Positions 46,113-48,340 of a stretch of 48,340 bases of DNA are shown here, piece after piece; position 1 is the stretch's first letter, and each line of letters opens with the position of its first letter. A model generated the notes under the pieces. That model saw only the letters and a list, made by a program, of their open reading frames with translations, had not been told where the DNA came from and searched no databases. Source of the DNA: Flavobacteriaceae bacterium (GTDB lineage: Bacteria; Bacteroidota; Bacteroidia; Flavobacteriales; Flavobacteriaceae); the NCBI GenBank assembly GCA_016649745.1, contig JAENXD010000001.1, positions 1 through 48,340 of the forward strand, in the 5' to 3' direction. The translations under genes were made by a program, and so were the position numbers.

Positions 46113-48167
46113 ATGGAAAATAAATTACTAATTTTATTTTTTTTGGGGTTTTCTACACTTTTAATTGGGCAGGAAACCATCGAGATAGTTCAGCTAAAAA
46201 AGGAACTGCAACAAGAATCGATTGATACCTCAAAAGTATCAATTTATTTAAAAATCGCAAAGTTATATATAAAAACGGATGCAGATTCTTCTTTGGTAAA
46301 TTTTAACAAAGCGTTGGTATTAGCAATAAAAGCAGGTGATCAATCTAAAATTGCCGATGTTCTTAGTAAGGTTGGCTATTACTATGAAAAAACATGTAAC
46401 AATAAAGATGCCATTGATAATTACAATAAATCCTTATCTATTTTCGAAAAACTTAACAATAAAAATAAAACTGCCAAGATATATAATTCTCTTGGCTTCA
46501 ATTACTCCAAGTTATATGCTGAGGATAGGGCTATTGAATATTATCTAAAATCATTGTCCCTTAATAGGGAAATTTCAAACCAACAGGGTATTGCGTCAAA
46601 TTACACAAACATTGGGAACTTATATTATGGAGAGGGAAATTACGATTTGGCTGAAAAATATTTTAGGGACGCATTGCTCATTTATGAGAAACTCGATAAT
46701 AAAAAGGGGATCTCAACCTCTTATACAAATATAGCAAATACATTAGCGGACAATGGAAAAGTAACAGAAGGACTGGATTATTATAAAAAATCTATTGTTA
46801 TTGAGGAAGAATTGGGAGATCAATATGGCATTGCCATCAATTATAACAATATTGGCGATTGCTATATTAATTTGAAACAATATAAAGAAGCACTTGTATA
46901 TCTTAAAAAAACCTTAAAAATTGGTGATGATATTGGTGAAAAGGATTTACAGTCTTTAGCACTTTTAAATATTTCCGATGTTGAAAATAAACAAAAAAAT
47001 TATCAAGGTGCCATTTATGCTGCAAGAGAAAGCTATGCAATAGCCGATTTAATAGGTGATTTAGACTATAAATTAGAAAATTTATTGAACGCGTCCATAG
47101 CCTATGAGGGTTTGGGAAACAATGACATGGCTTTAAAACATTTAAAAAATTATTCAGCCATAAGAGATAGTTTAATAAAAATGGACAGGGTTAAAAAGAT
47201 TAAATTATTCAATACCTTGAACGATTTAGAAAAATCACAATATACCATCGTTGATTTATCTAAATCAAATGAGATTTCACAGTTAAAATATGACAAAGAA
47301 AAAAAATATACGCATTTCTTAATTATTGCTATAGTTATCTTTGCGTTTTTGCTAATTTTATTGATACTTCAGAATACTTCAAAGAGAAAGGCTTTTAATT
47401 TATTGGAGTTTAAAAATTACGAAGTGAATAAAATGAAAGATGAAATTCATGGGCAAAGCGAAAAATTATTACAACTGAATAACACAAAAGATAAATTTTT
47501 CTCCATTATTGCTCATGATTTAAAAAATCCATTTAATTCAATAGCTGGTTTTACAGAGCTTATGATTGAAAATAATGATGGATATGATGAAACAAAACGA
47601 TTAAGATTTTTAAAAATAATTAAAGGATCAACGGCAAAAGTTTCCAATTTGCTCGATAACCTGCTTATTTGGGCAAATTCGCAATCGGGTAAATTAAAAT
47701 TTGATCCAAAAAAATTAAATTTGGCACAACAAGTTTCCAATGTGGCTTCATTCCTTGAAATTCAGGCTATTAATAAAGACATCACTATTTTAAATACAGT
47801 TGAAAAAAGTATTTTGGTGAAGGCCGATGAGAATATGTTAGATACCATTCTTAGAAATTTAATCTCAAACGCCATAAAATTCACCTCGCCAAAAGGTGAA
47901 ATCCAAATTTTTTCAACCTTAAAAAATCATTTTGTTGAAATTACGGTAGAAGACAATGGCATTGGACTTTCAGAAGAGGAAATTGCAATATTATTTAATG
48001 GGAGCGAAATAAACTCCAGTTTAGGAACTTCAAATGAGCAGGGCTCTGGATTGGGGTTAATTTTATGCAGAGATTTTGTGGAAACTCATGGCGGTAAAAT
48101 ATGGGTTGAAAGCGTTATAAATGAAGGCAGTGAATTTAAGTTTACCTTACCAATCTGGAAAGAATAG
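46113..48167 (+). CDS. TPR-repeat sensor histidine kinase
   Basis: Periplasmic TPRs, one TM, IIAHDLKNPF, NLISNAIKF, DNGIG, GSGLGL. Confidence 0.92.
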   Translation: MENKLLILFFLGFSTLLIGQETIEIVQLKKELQQESIDTSKVSIYLKIAKLYIKTDADSSLVNFNKALVLAIKAGDQSKIADVLSKVGYYYEKTCNNKDAIDNYNKSLSIFEKLNNKNKTAKIYNSLGFNYSKLYAEDRAIEYYLKSLSLNREISNQQGIASNYTNIGNLYYGEGNYDLAEKYFRDALLIYEKLDNKKGISTSYTNIANTLADNGKVTEGLDYYKKSIVIEEELGDQYGIAINYNNIGDCYINLKQYKEALVYLKKTLKIGDDIGEKDLQSLALLNISDVENKQKNYQGAIYAARESYAIADLIGDLDYKLENLLNASIAYEGLGNNDMALKHLKNYSAIRDSLIKMDRVKKIKLFNTLNDLEKSQYTIVDLSKSNEISQLKYDKEKKYTHFLIIAIVIFAFLLILLILQNTSKRKAFNLLEFKNYEVNKMKDEIHGQSEKLLQLNNTKDKFFSIIAHDLKNPFNSIAGFTELMIENNDGYDETKRLRFLKIIKGSTAKVSNLLDNLLIWANSQSGKLKFDPKKLNLAQQVSNVASFLEIQAINKDITILNTVEKSILVKADENMLDTILRNLISNAIKFTSPKGEIQIFSTLKNHFVEITVEDNGIGLSEEEIAILFNGSEINSSLGTSNEQGSGLGLILCRDFVETHGGKIWVESVINEGSEFKFTLPIWKE

Positions 48168-48239
48168 TCTTGTGAAATAAGTTTTAGTACTTGAACTGGT
48201 TTAAACTTTTTTCAATTGGCTACAGTATTAAACGTTTTA

Positions 48240-48340
48240 TTAATAGATGGTTTCTAAATCTATAAATTCATCATCAACTTCTCGATGAACATCTTCATAT
48301 TCGGCTTCTAATGGTGCATCTTTATCAAATTTCTTACTGA
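48240..48340 (-). CDS. 3' end of an unidentified gene (partial)
   Basis: Open minus frame ..SKKFDKDAPLEAEYEDVHREVDDEFIDLETIY* entering from the window edge. Confidence 0.5.
   Translation of the reverse strand, partial: SKKFDKDAPLEAEYEDVHREVDDEFIDLETIY

Noticed and set aside
44571-48167. Genomic island integrated at tRNA-Gly
   Set aside because: No integrase, no duplicated tRNA 3' end seen, and the tRNA 3' end faces core genes.

Overview
AT-rich chromosomal window from a Bacteroidota bacterium, inferred to be a Flavobacteriaceae member, possibly Lutibacter-like. The inference rests on TAnnTTTG promoters, gene order, and PFOR and EF-G2 content. Most of it is housekeeping: GlmU-like protein, two tandem M1 peptidases, pepE, ribB(X), LptF/G, LolA, ftsK, dgkA, tpx, MATE, mutS2, ung, lipA, an ECF sigma factor, an EF-G paralog, rpsA, glmM, a lipid A acyltransferase, a rhomboid and tRNA-Gly(TCC). 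I saw no transposase, integrase, prophage or CRISPR array. The most interesting signals are non-coding or regulatory. (1) A candidate sigma-54-driven ~85-nt small RNA behind lipA with three UUAGUA motifs in hairpin loops. (2) Nested palindromic mini-elements, including a ~210-bp MITE present twice with REP-in-REP cargo. (3) A DUF2141 / LytS-kinase-2TM / 2TM / 2TM / GT-C / LytTR operon with a LytTR-type direct-repeat operator and a frameshifted regulator. (4) Gene conversion between the M1 paralogs, a GTPase-degenerate EF-G2, and an S1 protein with a long repetitive N-terminal extension. All calls come from reading the sequence by eye; no database searches were run.
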